Origin: Candidatus Heimdallarchaeota archaeon
GTDB taxonomy: Archaea; Asgardarchaeota; Heimdallarchaeia; Heimdallarchaeales; Heimdallarchaeaceae
DNA: 64,000 bases
NCBI GenBank assembly: GCA_019057815.1
Contig: JAHLWR010000005.1
Coordinates: forward strand, 1 to 64,000
Direction of reading: 5' to 3'
The position numbers and the translations under genes were made by a program. Each line of letters opens with the position of its first letter. Within the stretch, counting starts at the first letter, position 1. This document shows positions 30,539 through 39,475 of this stretch, one piece after another. The notes under the pieces were generated by a model that worked only from the letters and a program-made list of their open reading frames with translations, had not been told where the DNA came from and did not search any database.

Positions 30539-31630
30539 CTAGTTCTGTAAAAAGTTAGAATAATTTTGATCTTTTATGATTTTTAACAAACGCAAATAGA
30601 GTTCTAGTATAAGGAATCTATTTTCTCTAATCCTGAGTGAACCATATTCATTCCATTTCCTTTTTTGACTATATGGAAACGATAAAATATGTATTTTATC
30701 CTTAGAAAAACTTATTTTAGCGTTAGTTTCCCAATAAGAATATAATTTACATCTCAGAAACTCATCTTCACGTTCATCAACAGATTTTTTCACATAAATT
30801 AATTCAAAATCTAATTTTGCATTTAGAATCAGTTTATTATGAGTCTCGAAATAATAATCAGCTTGTTCTGGTGTTGACGCTGTTATAATCCACTCAAATC
30901 CACCTTTTACTCTATCTGTATAATAGCACTTGAAATAATGAATGAAATCAGGGAGATGGATTTTTATTGGACAAATAATAGGTATATGATTTCCATGGAA
31001 TATGATTATCGATGTACTATCATACTTTGCGATAACTGCATCTGGAAAAAGATCAGGTAGAGAAATTTCATCCTCGGGAACCTTTTTCTCTTTAGGAAAA
31101 ACTCTTTTAATTTTACGTAGAACTTTGATTTTTGCCTCGATAGATGTTGGAATATCCTGCATTCGAACAATGAAATAGAATTCGCTAGCGTAATTGACCC
31201 GATAAGAGTGATCAATTGTTGTAACCAAAACAATTTCACGAACAAATGTGTCCCTAGTTTTTATTTCAACTTCAAAAAGATCATTTTTCTGGATTGAGAA
31301 CTCTTCAACCACAGAGTTAGGAAAACGAATACATTTATCTTTTGAAATGCGACTAACAAAGTAGGAAGTAGGTCGGAGAGAAACGCTTACAACTTGACCA
31401 ATAAGATTGTGGGTCGAACATAGAGCTTTGGGTATGTAAAAACCCTCAATATTTTTGTATTTGGTAAGTTTGCGAGTAAGGAGTAGATAATCAAGAGATG
31501 GGAAAGATAGTATAAGATCATACCATTTGCTAGGTGAAACAGTTCCACGAAGATGGGAAGGGAGGGTTAACCACCCTGTCCCCGTAGAATTACCTTTGCT
31601 GATTTTCCCTTGCATTACAGTAAAAGCCAT
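30539..31630 (-). CDS. Hypothetical protein with AbrB/SpoVT-like repeats and a possible degenerate LAGLIDADG-like C-terminal region
   Basis: Three swapped-hairpin-like segments (GWLTLPSHLR; GFYIPKALC...GQVVSV; CIRFPNSVVEEFSIQKNDLFEVEI); FIHYFKCYYTDRVKG resembles a decayed LAGLIDADG helix. Confidence 0.5.
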   Translation of the reverse strand: MAFTVMQGKISKGNSTGTGWLTLPSHLRGTVSPSKWYDLILSFPSLDYLLLTRKLTKYKNIEGFYIPKALCSTHNLIGQVVSVSLRPTSYFVSRISKDKCIRFPNSVVEEFSIQKNDLFEVEIKTRDTFVREIVLVTTIDHSYRVNYASEFYFIVRMQDIPTSIEAKIKVLRKIKRVFPKEKKVPEDEISLPDLFPDAVIAKYDSTSIIIFHGNHIPIICPIKIHLPDFIHYFKCYYTDRVKGGFEWIITASTPEQADYYFETHNKLILNAKLDFELIYVKKSVDEREDEFLRCKLYSYWETNAKISFSKDKIHILSFPYSQKRKWNEYGSLRIRENRFLILELYLRLLKIIKDQNYSNFLQN

Positions 31631-31760
31631 TACAAGTAAATAAACAAAAAAGGATAAAAACCCCAAAAAAGAATAATTTTAGTAATTAACGCTCATCAAA
31701 TACTTTCTTTTCTTTTTCACTATACTATATTTTTAAAGTCAAACCATTCTTCATTAGTAG

Positions 31761-32417
31761 ATGTCTATACTTGAAGCTAACTTTGATTTTGATAAGATTC
31801 TTGTTAACTACCTCAATAATAAAGAACCACGAGAACATGAGATAGGGGTTTACAGGGTGAGTGAGGTATCTAAATGCAATAGAGCTTTATATTATATTTA
31901 CAAATCTAACCCAAAAAACCCGGGAATAAAACAGATGCGCGTGTTTGAAGTGGGACACGTAATCCATGAATTCGTAGAGAATTTACTCAAAGAATATGAA
32001 TGGTTTATTGCTTGTGAAGAAGAAATATCTAAACAATTCAACGATTTCACGATTATGGGCCACTATGATGCGTTGATTAAAGAAGAAGGACATTTAGCTG
32101 TAATAGATTTTAAAACAACAAAGAATATCCCTACTCGTCTCTATGACAACCACTTAAAACAAGTGAATACTTACCTCCATTTGAAAGGTGTAGAAGTAGG
32201 ATATGTGGTGTATATCGAAAAAAACTCTTTTAAAACAAAAACGTTTCCTATCTATGCAGACAAAATACTTTTTGAGGAAACATTACTTAAAACAAAACAT
32301 TTGCACAAATGTTTACAAGAAGGAAAGATTCCAATGATGGAAAAAACACCCTTGTGCAACTATTGCGATTTCAAAAAAAAGTGCTTTGACTTGTATTTGA
32401 AAGAGAATAAGAAGTAA
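31761..32417 (+). CDS. Solo Cas4-like PD-(D/E)xK nuclease
   Basis: N-terminal Cys (SKCNR), GHVIHE, GHYDA, IDFKT, QVNTY, C-terminal CNYCDFKKKC (4-Cys Fe-S staple). Confidence 0.88.
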   Translation: MSILEANFDFDKILVNYLNNKEPREHEIGVYRVSEVSKCNRALYYIYKSNPKNPGIKQMRVFEVGHVIHEFVENLLKEYEWFIACEEEISKQFNDFTIMGHYDALIKEEGHLAVIDFKTTKNIPTRLYDNHLKQVNTYLHLKGVEVGYVVYIEKNSFKTKTFPIYADKILFEETLLKTKHLHKCLQEGKIPMMEKTPLCNYCDFKKKCFDLYLKENKK

Positions 32418-32501
32418 CAAAGAGAGAAAATTTACTTAGTTTAAATACGAATGAATAGATAATTAGTTAGAATAAGTAGACCTCAGAAGTAAGTGGAAAA
32501 A

Positions 32502-32744
32502 ATGGAAAAATATGTGTCTGACCAACTACAAACAATATGTGATTGTTTAATAATAGAAAGATCATGTCCGCTGTGTCATAATACCCTTCTAAAAGAGTGG
32601 GAGTTAGCAAATCGAACATTGGGTTTATGTTTTATCTGTGGAATGGTATTCTGGAGCGAAAATAGTGAGGTAATCAAGCAGTTATCTGGAAATAAGAAAT
32701 CATGGGAAGGGGAAGCTTTACGTGCCGTAAATAGCTTCTACTAA
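32502..32744 (+). CDS. Small Zn-finger protein (paralog 1)
   Basis: CPLC and CFIC motifs; aligns over its full length with 32858-33094. Confidence 0.75.
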   Translation: MEKYVSDQLQTICDCLIIERSCPLCHNTLLKEWELANRTLGLCFICGMVFWSENSEVIKQLSGNKKSWEGEALRAVNSFY

Positions 32745-32857
32745 TAGAATTTTTATTCTTTAAATATCTAGTTGAGACAAGTTTTCTTTTGTATTTATAT
32801 ATGAAATTGTAGTAAAAATAATACCATATCTGTCATAGTTGTGAGGATGAGGGTAGA

Positions 32858-33094
32858 ATGGAGAAAATTGAATCTGACCAAGATTTCCTAGATTGCGCAT
32901 TTTGTAAAGAGGAGCTAATCTGCCCCTTATGCAGTAATATTATATTAAGAGAGCTGGAAAAACAGGGAAGATTAATTGGTCTATGCTATGTGTGTGGAAC
33001 AGCTTTCTGGTGTGATACAAAAGAGATTATCAAAAAACTGGATGGTACCAGAGATGGATGGGGCATTCAGGCTCTACTTTGTACCCATCCTTAA
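32858..33094 (+). CDS. Small Zn-finger protein (paralog 2)
   Basis: CAFC, CPLC, CYVC motifs; purine-rich RBS-like GAGG upstream. Confidence 0.78.
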   Translation: MEKIESDQDFLDCAFCKEELICPLCSNIILRELEKQGRLIGLCYVCGTAFWCDTKEIIKKLDGTRDGWGIQALLCTHP

Positions 33095-33225
33095 TAATTA
33101 ATCAACTATTATTGTTAAAATATTCATAGAGAATCTTTTTATACTTCTTTTGAGTAAAAAAGAGTGAAAACGTTTTGAATCAAAAAAAAAGATATATCAG
33201 TGAGAGATTAATGGATAGAATAAGA

Positions 33226-34452
33226 ATGAAAGCAGTAATTTTAGCTGGTGGAAAAGGGATAGATCTTCATCCACTCACCCAAACCAGACCCAAACCAATG
33301 ATAACGTTATTGGGAAAACCTTTACTCGAATATCTTATAGTAGAATTAAAAGAAGTTGGTTTAACAGATATACTCATTGTAATAGGGTACAAAGGAGAAC
33401 AAATTCGGAATCACTTCAAAAAAGGAAGAGAGTTTGGAGTAACAATACAATACGCAGAGCAAGGAGAAAAAGAAGGAATCGAAGCAGCATTAATATCCGC
33501 AGAAGAGTCAGTCAACAATGATGCAGAGTTTTTACTACTATTTGGAGATATAGTGTCTGAGAATGGATTAATACAAAGAACATTGAATGCGTATGAGAAT
33601 ACTCAAGCCGATATGGCTATGGCGCTCACTTTACAAGGGGATAAGGGTGATTTCGGCATAGTAGAGATAGATTCGATGGGTTTTGTAAAGAAAGCAGGAT
33701 TAAAGGAAGAAAGGACAACATCATCTGGAAGTTATATTGATGCTGGATGTTTTGTTATGCGTTCAGATATCCTTGAAGACATAAAACAAGGAAAATCATT
33801 GACCCAAGCGATTAATACTAGAATAGAGAGTGGTGCAAAAGTAGCGGCCGCAATATGGGAGAAAGAATGGTATGACATAGGAAAACCTTGGAACATTATA
33901 CAAGCAAATATGATGTTGCTGTCCAAAGTTCAAGAATCAAGAATATCCAAAGGAGTAAAAATAGAATCTAATGTTGTACTAAAAGGTGTTGTAATAATTA
34001 AAGAAAATACAGTGATTAGTTCAGGAACCGTATTGAACGGTCCTATATATATTGGTCCCAACACCTATATCGGTAATAATGTCCTTATTAGGGATCACAG
34101 TTCAATAGGGGCGGAATCTTTGGTAGGATTTGGAAGTGAAATTAAAAACTCCGTTCTGTTTAATGGAACAAAAATTTACCGTCTATGCTATGTTGGGGAT
34201 AGTGTTATAGGAGCAGATACAATCTTATCATCAGGTGTTATAACTGTTAATACGGAGACTCCAAGGAAAAAGATAGAGATGACCATAGGTGGTAAGAAAA
34301 CAAAAACTAATCTTCAAAAACTGGGAGCAATCATTGGAGATAAATGTGAGATAGGTGTAAACACACTCATTTTTCCAGGAAGGAGAATCGATTCAGGTAG
34401 TATAATCTTACCCGGTACAAAAATAGAAGAAGATATAGAAAACAAAAACTAA
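33226..34452 (+). CDS. glmU: Bifunctional sugar-1-phosphate nucleotidyltransferase/acetyltransferase (archaeal GlmU-like)
   Basis: MKAVILAGGKG, TRPKPM, hexapeptide left-handed beta-helix, KLGAIIGD. Confidence 0.85.
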   Translation: MKAVILAGGKGIDLHPLTQTRPKPMITLLGKPLLEYLIVELKEVGLTDILIVIGYKGEQIRNHFKKGREFGVTIQYAEQGEKEGIEAALISAEESVNNDAEFLLLFGDIVSENGLIQRTLNAYENTQADMAMALTLQGDKGDFGIVEIDSMGFVKKAGLKEERTTSSGSYIDAGCFVMRSDILEDIKQGKSLTQAINTRIESGAKVAAAIWEKEWYDIGKPWNIIQANMMLLSKVQESRISKGVKIESNVVLKGVVIIKENTVISSGTVLNGPIYIGPNTYIGNNVLIRDHSSIGAESLVGFGSEIKNSVLFNGTKIYRLCYVGDSVIGADTILSSGVITVNTETPRKKIEMTIGGKKTKTNLQKLGAIIGDKCEIGVNTLIFPGRRIDSGSIILPGTKIEEDIENKN

Positions 34453-34521
34453 AGGAACTTTGTAAGAAGAAAAAAGAAGAAAAAACAGAGGATTCTTTGG
34501 AATTTTCAGTGTACAAGTATC

Positions 34522-34800
34522 TCAATAATCGAAATCTATTATCTCAAGAAGAGTCATAATCTGAAGGAGTATAGTTCGTGCATGGGCAGGACAATTAGGA
34601 TCTTGGCTAATTTCATCCAATATTTCTATAGCATTGTTTGCTTTTACGGCTAAACTTAATTCAGGTTCAGTGTCCCTTATTATCTCAAGAGAGTTAACTG
34701 CTGCTCTTCTAATGTTTCGGGGAACTGTTGTATCTTCACTTACTCTCTCTAATAGCTGAATAGCTTCATTTACTTGCTGTAACGTTTCATCCTCGCTCAT
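34522..34800 (-). CDS. UPF0147 family protein
   Basis: DTTVPRNIRRAA, LDEISQDPN.P.HART. Confidence 0.93.
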   Translation of the reverse strand: MSEDETLQQVNEAIQLLERVSEDTTVPRNIRRAAVNSLEIIRDTEPELSLAVKANNAIEILDEISQDPNCPAHARTILLQIMTLLEIIDFDY

Positions 34801-35016
34801 TTTAACACCTCTACTAATGCAATCTCCGGTAACCTCAACATTATATTATTTTTTAATGCTTTCGGTTTATTAGAAATTTTAGACGTTTGTAGGTTAAATT
34901 GAACTAAATACTTGGAGAAAGGATTCCTAGTACTTATATTAAAAAAATAATTCAGTACAAGTTCTGAAGATTTTGTAACAATCAGATTTATAAAAGCAGA
35001 AATTTCTCTTTGATTT

Positions 35017-36885
35017 ATGGAAGAGAGGAAAAAAGAAGATAAAATTACATACCAATGGATGTTTCCTTTCTTCATAGGACTGTTATCTATTTTACTACGT
35101 ATTCCTAAAATACCACACATATATGGATATGATGGTTTTGAAATTATCTGGATGGCCCACGCAATCAAAAACGGGGCACTCATTGGCCAGCAAACTTGGT
35201 TAATTCATCCATTATCTTATCTTGGTTTTTACCCGTTTTCCCAATATCCAGTTGGATTACCTCTAATTTTAGCGGCATTTCTTGCAATTGGGATCCCTCT
35301 AACGTTTTCACTAGTTACAATTGATATTTTGTTAACAGTAATTTGTGTTATTGGAGCATATAAACTTTCAAAGATGTTTTTCCAAAAGGAGATTTACAAG
35401 AACACCTTTTTAATCATGATTTTATTAGGAAGTAAGGATTTTTATAATTATACATACTTTACTGTGCATCCAAGAGGAGTATTGTTGGCTTTATCGCCTT
35501 GGTTCTTGTATTTTCTTTTTAAAATAAGAGATGGAAAAAAACTCGTTTCATCAATCAAACTACTAGCATTATTTAGTGTTATGATTTTGTTTTATAGAAT
35601 CTCCTGGCTATACATTATTTATTTAATACCTTTCGCATTTATGGTAATCTTTTCTGTAAAGAAAATAGAAGAATATGGAATAAGAATCCTGGGAAGTAAA
35701 GTGTTGAAGATGGTGTTCCTTTTCTCTGTAATTGGAATAATGGTTGTGGGTTTTATTATAACACCTGATTTTGATGTTTCATTACAATCCCCGATTGTTG
35801 AAAGCACAACAATAATATCACAGATTGCTACTTTGGGAATGATTTACTTCTCAAGCCTTGGAATTATATCGTTGTTTTTACCAATAGGTTTGTTATCAAT
35901 TCTCTTCATTGATAAAAGCGTATGTGCAAAAAAAAGGATGTTCTTGTTGGTTACTATACTTTTTATGGCATTATCATGGAAGATTCCCGTTTATTCAATT
36001 GTTCTCTTTTTACCAATTTATGCTTGGATTAGCGTTTTGGGGATAAAAACAAGTGTAGACATGATTGAAAAAAGGGTGAAATTTAAATATTCTGCTTACC
36101 TAATCTGCTCTTCTGTAATTTTAGGTGCAGCAGTTGTGTTTCATATAATATACTCTTTAGCCATTGTGTCTGTAAAAATCACATACTTTGTTACTTTGGG
36201 AGCAATAATAATATATGGGGTTTTTGTCGCTTTTCAAAGGTATATACTCAAAATTAGGGTAAAACATTGGATGCAGATTTTCGTCTTTTCAATAATTATT
36301 GGTAATGTTTTCTTCCTTCAGACGACTTACGAAGGACAAGAGAGGTACACTAGTTTAGGGGTGGCTCCATTCACGGTTGATTATTCGCAAAATCACATAA
36401 CAGAAGACGAACTTCTTGTGATAAACTACATAAAAACAGAGGGAATCGAAGGGATTATTATTACATCTTCAACAGCTTTAGCGAGAAGAATAGGAGGAAT
36501 GGGTTTTTTACCAACAATTCCTGGTTATCATATTGAACATCCGCTTTATTATGGTTGGGTATCAGAAAAAGAAGTCATAAATAATACACAATTCAACTTA
36601 ACAGAGTTTATTGATTCATTTAGTCTTAAATATCAAGGTGCATCTTATGAGGATTACATATTATCACAAATTAGGCATCTAAACATTACAAGGGTGACCA
36701 CAATTATTACTCTAATTTCATTAAATATTCAGTATTTCGTAGCAATAAAAAACCCTAGTGATAATTCGATCTATCCATGTTTATTTCACCCTTATGGTAA
36801 TAGTAGTTATTACATTTTTGATTCATTAAACAGATTAAATCCAACATTTAGCACCGATTATCTTGCTGTTTTTAAAATCTACTAA
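35017..36885 (+). CDS. Multi-pass membrane protein, probable GT-C fold glycosyltransferase
   Basis: About 13 TM segments, first-loop GYDGF, HPLSYLGFYPFSQYP, extracellular C-terminal domain. Confidence 0.6.
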   Translation: MEERKKEDKITYQWMFPFFIGLLSILLRIPKIPHIYGYDGFEIIWMAHAIKNGALIGQQTWLIHPLSYLGFYPFSQYPVGLPLILAAFLAIGIPLTFSLVTIDILLTVICVIGAYKLSKMFFQKEIYKNTFLIMILLGSKDFYNYTYFTVHPRGVLLALSPWFLYFLFKIRDGKKLVSSIKLLALFSVMILFYRISWLYIIYLIPFAFMVIFSVKKIEEYGIRILGSKVLKMVFLFSVIGIMVVGFIITPDFDVSLQSPIVESTTIISQIATLGMIYFSSLGIISLFLPIGLLSILFIDKSVCAKKRMFLLVTILFMALSWKIPVYSIVLFLPIYAWISVLGIKTSVDMIEKRVKFKYSAYLICSSVILGAAVVFHIIYSLAIVSVKITYFVTLGAIIIYGVFVAFQRYILKIRVKHWMQIFVFSIIIGNVFFLQTTYEGQERYTSLGVAPFTVDYSQNHITEDELLVINYIKTEGIEGIIITSSTALARRIGGMGFLPTIPGYHIEHPLYYGWVSEKEVINNTQFNLTEFIDSFSLKYQGASYEDYILSQIRHLNITRVTTIITLISLNIQYFVAIKNPSDNSIYPCLFHPYGNSSYYIFDSLNRLNPTFSTDYLAVFKIY

Positions 36886-36902
36886 GTAGTTAGGAAAATA
36901 GA

Positions 36903-37853
36903 TCAGGAGGTTGATAACCAATTGATGTAGTGTTTTATACCCCTTTTTATTGAGATTTTGGGAGACCACCCCGATTGCCTTAATTTTTTAACGTTCATAG
37001 AAGTATTAGGGACATCTCCTTTCCAACCGCCTTTCCAACCTCCACTTACATTAAAAGTAAAAGTGACATCCTTTAAATCCATTACATTAACGATCTCATT
37101 TGCAATATCAACTACTGAAATAGCTTCATCAGAGCTAACATTATAGTTATCATATCCCTTATTGATATTTTTGGATAGGTGTGTAAATGCCTCAATTGTA
37201 TCATTGATGTAAAGGTACGATTTTGTTTGTTTTCCGTCCCCAAGGATTTCAAGTTTTGAGGGGTCTTTATTCAATTTATGGAAAAAATCATACATGACAC
37301 CATGAGTAGATCGTGGACCAAAAATATTTCCCAAACGTAAGCAAACGATATTCAAATCATAGAGCGATGCAAAACTTGAACAATACATTTCAGCAGCAGC
37401 TTTAGCAGCACCATAATTGCTTATAGGTCTAAGAGGATAATTTTCAGGAGTAGGAAGTAAATCAGGTTCGCCATATATTGTTCCACTTGAACCAGCAAAA
37501 ACTAAATTTGGTATATCTTTCTTTCTCATTAATTCCAAAATATTAAAAGTACCAACAGTGTTGATTTCGAAATCAATTTGGGGATTAGTTACGCTTTTTT
37601 TTACATCAGGTTGAGCTGCTAGATGAAAAACGATGTCAAAATTTGTAGGTATAGATAGGAGATTATCTAAATCTCTAATGTCATACTGGTAAAAAGCAGT
37701 AGAGTGGGCTTTGATGTGTTTTTGAAGGTAGGTGGTAGTACCAGCTGAAAGATTATCTACAACAGTTACAATAATACCCTTTTCAACAAGGATGTCGACC
37801 AAATATGACCCAATGAAACCACAACCACCTGTGACTAAAGCGTTTATTACCAT
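36903..37853 (-). CDS. NAD-dependent epimerase/dehydratase (UDP-glucose 4-epimerase-like)
   Basis: TGGCGFIG, HLAA, YGAAK, GWKGDV. Confidence 0.93.
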   Translation of the reverse strand: MVINALVTGGCGFIGSYLVDILVEKGIIVTVVDNLSAGTTTYLQKHIKAHSTAFYQYDIRDLDNLLSIPTNFDIVFHLAAQPDVKKSVTNPQIDFEINTVGTFNILELMRKKDIPNLVFAGSSGTIYGEPDLLPTPENYPLRPISNYGAAKAAAEMYCSSFASLYDLNIVCLRLGNIFGPRSTHGVMYDFFHKLNKDPSKLEILGDGKQTKSYLYINDTIEAFTHLSKNINKGYDNYNVSSDEAISVVDIANEIVNVMDLKDVTFTFNVSGGWKGGWKGDVPNTSMNVKKLRQSGWSPKISIKRGIKHYINWLSTS

Positions 37854-37874
37854 TTGTTATTCAACCATCTAAGT

Positions 37875-39140
37875 TTATTCAATAATTTTAGCAAAATCTT
37901 CGAGTGCACTCAGGAAAATTTCAATTTCGTTTATAGTATTGTATATATAAAGAGATGCCCTTATTATTCCTTCTCCTTTAGCTGGGCTCATTCCAATTTG
38001 ATATTGGAATGGGTGCACACACATATTTCCTGCTCTCATGAGTATTTTATGCTGAGGGAGCATATCGTTGAAGTATTCTGCAATGTCATTATGGTTTATT
38101 TCAGCAGATTTTGGTCGGAATGACACTAAAGCTGTCCTTTGCTTATAATCTAAAGGACCAAGCACATCAAATTTATCAATTTCCAATATTCCCTCTAGAA
38201 GTTTCTTTGAAAAGACTTGTTCTCTTTGACGTATATTGTCCATACCTATGTTTTGAAGATAGTCTACAGCAGCACTTGCACCCATCATTCCCCCATAGTT
38301 TTGTAACCCTGCTTCGAATTTTTGGGGTGGGGGGAGGTATTTGGCTGTAATTTGTCCGTTCTCATAAATTACATCCTCAATTACATCTCCACCAACAAGA
38401 AACATATCCAATTCTTCAAGAAGATCATATTTCCCATACAAAACACCAACGCCAGTTGGACCACAAGCTTTGTGAATACTTAACACACTGAAGTCAGTAT
38501 CTAAATTTTTCACGTCTAATTTTGCATGTGGAGCATATTGAGCCTCATCAGACACAACTAATGCGCCATGATCATGTGCGATTTCAATTATTTCTTTTAG
38601 AGGGGCAATTGTTCCAGTTAAATTTGATGCATGAACAAATGAAACTATTTTAGTATTATCATCAATCTGTTTCTCAAAGTCTGCAATATCAAACGTTCCA
38701 TCATTTTTCGCACGAACTAATCTGAATTCACTACCAACCTCTTTTGAGCGTTTTAAGAAGGGTAACATACCACTGTGATGCTCAAGTGTTGTTGTAACAA
38801 TATTTTGTTCTTTCTTCAAAGGGATAGTAGCAGCAATTATGTTTAACCCTTCAGTAGCATTTCTTGTCCAAATAATCTCATTTACATCACTAGCATTAAT
38901 GAATGATGTCATTTTCTTTCTTGCTTCTTCAGTTAACAAACTTGTTTCTAACCCAAGACAATGTGTAGACCTACCAGCCCCCCCACAAGCACCCAAGTAT
39001 TTATAATAATATTCCATGGCATTCCAGACTTGAACTGGTTTAAGAGCCATACATGCTGAATCAAAATATATCAAATTTTTTCCTTCATATAATTGATTAA
39101 GAACGGGAAAATCTTTTCTGATACGAGACCAAACTACCAT
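37875..39140 (-). CDS. sufS: Cysteine desulfurase (SufS/Csd-like, class V PLP enzyme)
   Basis: LEHHS, HASN, SIHKACGPTG, FEAG, RAGNMC catalytic Cys, RASLYIYN. Confidence 0.88.
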   Translation of the reverse strand: MVVWSRIRKDFPVLNQLYEGKNLIYFDSACMALKPVQVWNAMEYYYKYLGACGGAGRSTHCLGLETSLLTEEARKKMTSFINASDVNEIIWTRNATEGLNIIAATIPLKKEQNIVTTTLEHHSGMLPFLKRSKEVGSEFRLVRAKNDGTFDIADFEKQIDDNTKIVSFVHASNLTGTIAPLKEIIEIAHDHGALVVSDEAQYAPHAKLDVKNLDTDFSVLSIHKACGPTGVGVLYGKYDLLEELDMFLVGGDVIEDVIYENGQITAKYLPPPQKFEAGLQNYGGMMGASAAVDYLQNIGMDNIRQREQVFSKKLLEGILEIDKFDVLGPLDYKQRTALVSFRPKSAEINHNDIAEYFNDMLPQHKILMRAGNMCVHPFQYQIGMSPAKGEGIIRASLYIYNTINEIEIFLSALEDFAKIIE

Positions 39141-39153
39141 TTTTACACCTTTA

Positions 39154-39399
39154 TTATTTTTCATATCCTGGATCGCTAACTAGTTCCCAAATAAAGCCGA
39201 TAGAAGACCATTTTCTTTCAACGATACCTTTTTCCACCAAAGATTTACCAGCTAAAACAACATCACCGCCAGAAGCGCAACCAGCGCACAGCTTGGGGAA
39301 AAGGTCCCTCATTGCCATTATTTCTTTAGTTGATGCTGGATTCTTTTTTTGAAGTATAGCCAATACACATTCAATGTTACGATCCTTATGTTCACCCAT
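39154..39399 (-). CDS. Small winged-helix protein with CxxC motif
   Basis: VLAILQKKNPASTKEI...CAGC...SLVEKGIVER...FIWEL; co-oriented directly upstream of sufS. Confidence 0.65.
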   Translation of the reverse strand: MGEHKDRNIECVLAILQKKNPASTKEIMAMRDLFPKLCAGCASGGDVVLAGKSLVEKGIVERKWSSIGFIWELVSDPGYEK

Positions 39400-39475
39400 A
39401 TTTACCAAGACTATAGAAAAGGAAAATCATTTAAATCATTCTATGTGAAAGAATGTTTCTAGTAATTAATATAAT

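Larger units (their letters stand above)
30493..33170. mobile_element. Putative accessory island between glmS and glmU
   Basis: Four non-housekeeping ORFs (AbrB/LAGLIDADG-like, Cas4-like, two Zn-finger paralogs) interrupt a sugar-phosphate gene cluster; no integrase or transposase seen. Confidence 0.45.

Noticed and set aside
30400-33170. Tn7-like transposon or CAST at the glmS att site
   Set aside because: No TnsA/B/C/D/TniQ-like ORFs, terminal repeats or target-site duplication visible; only the location is suggestive
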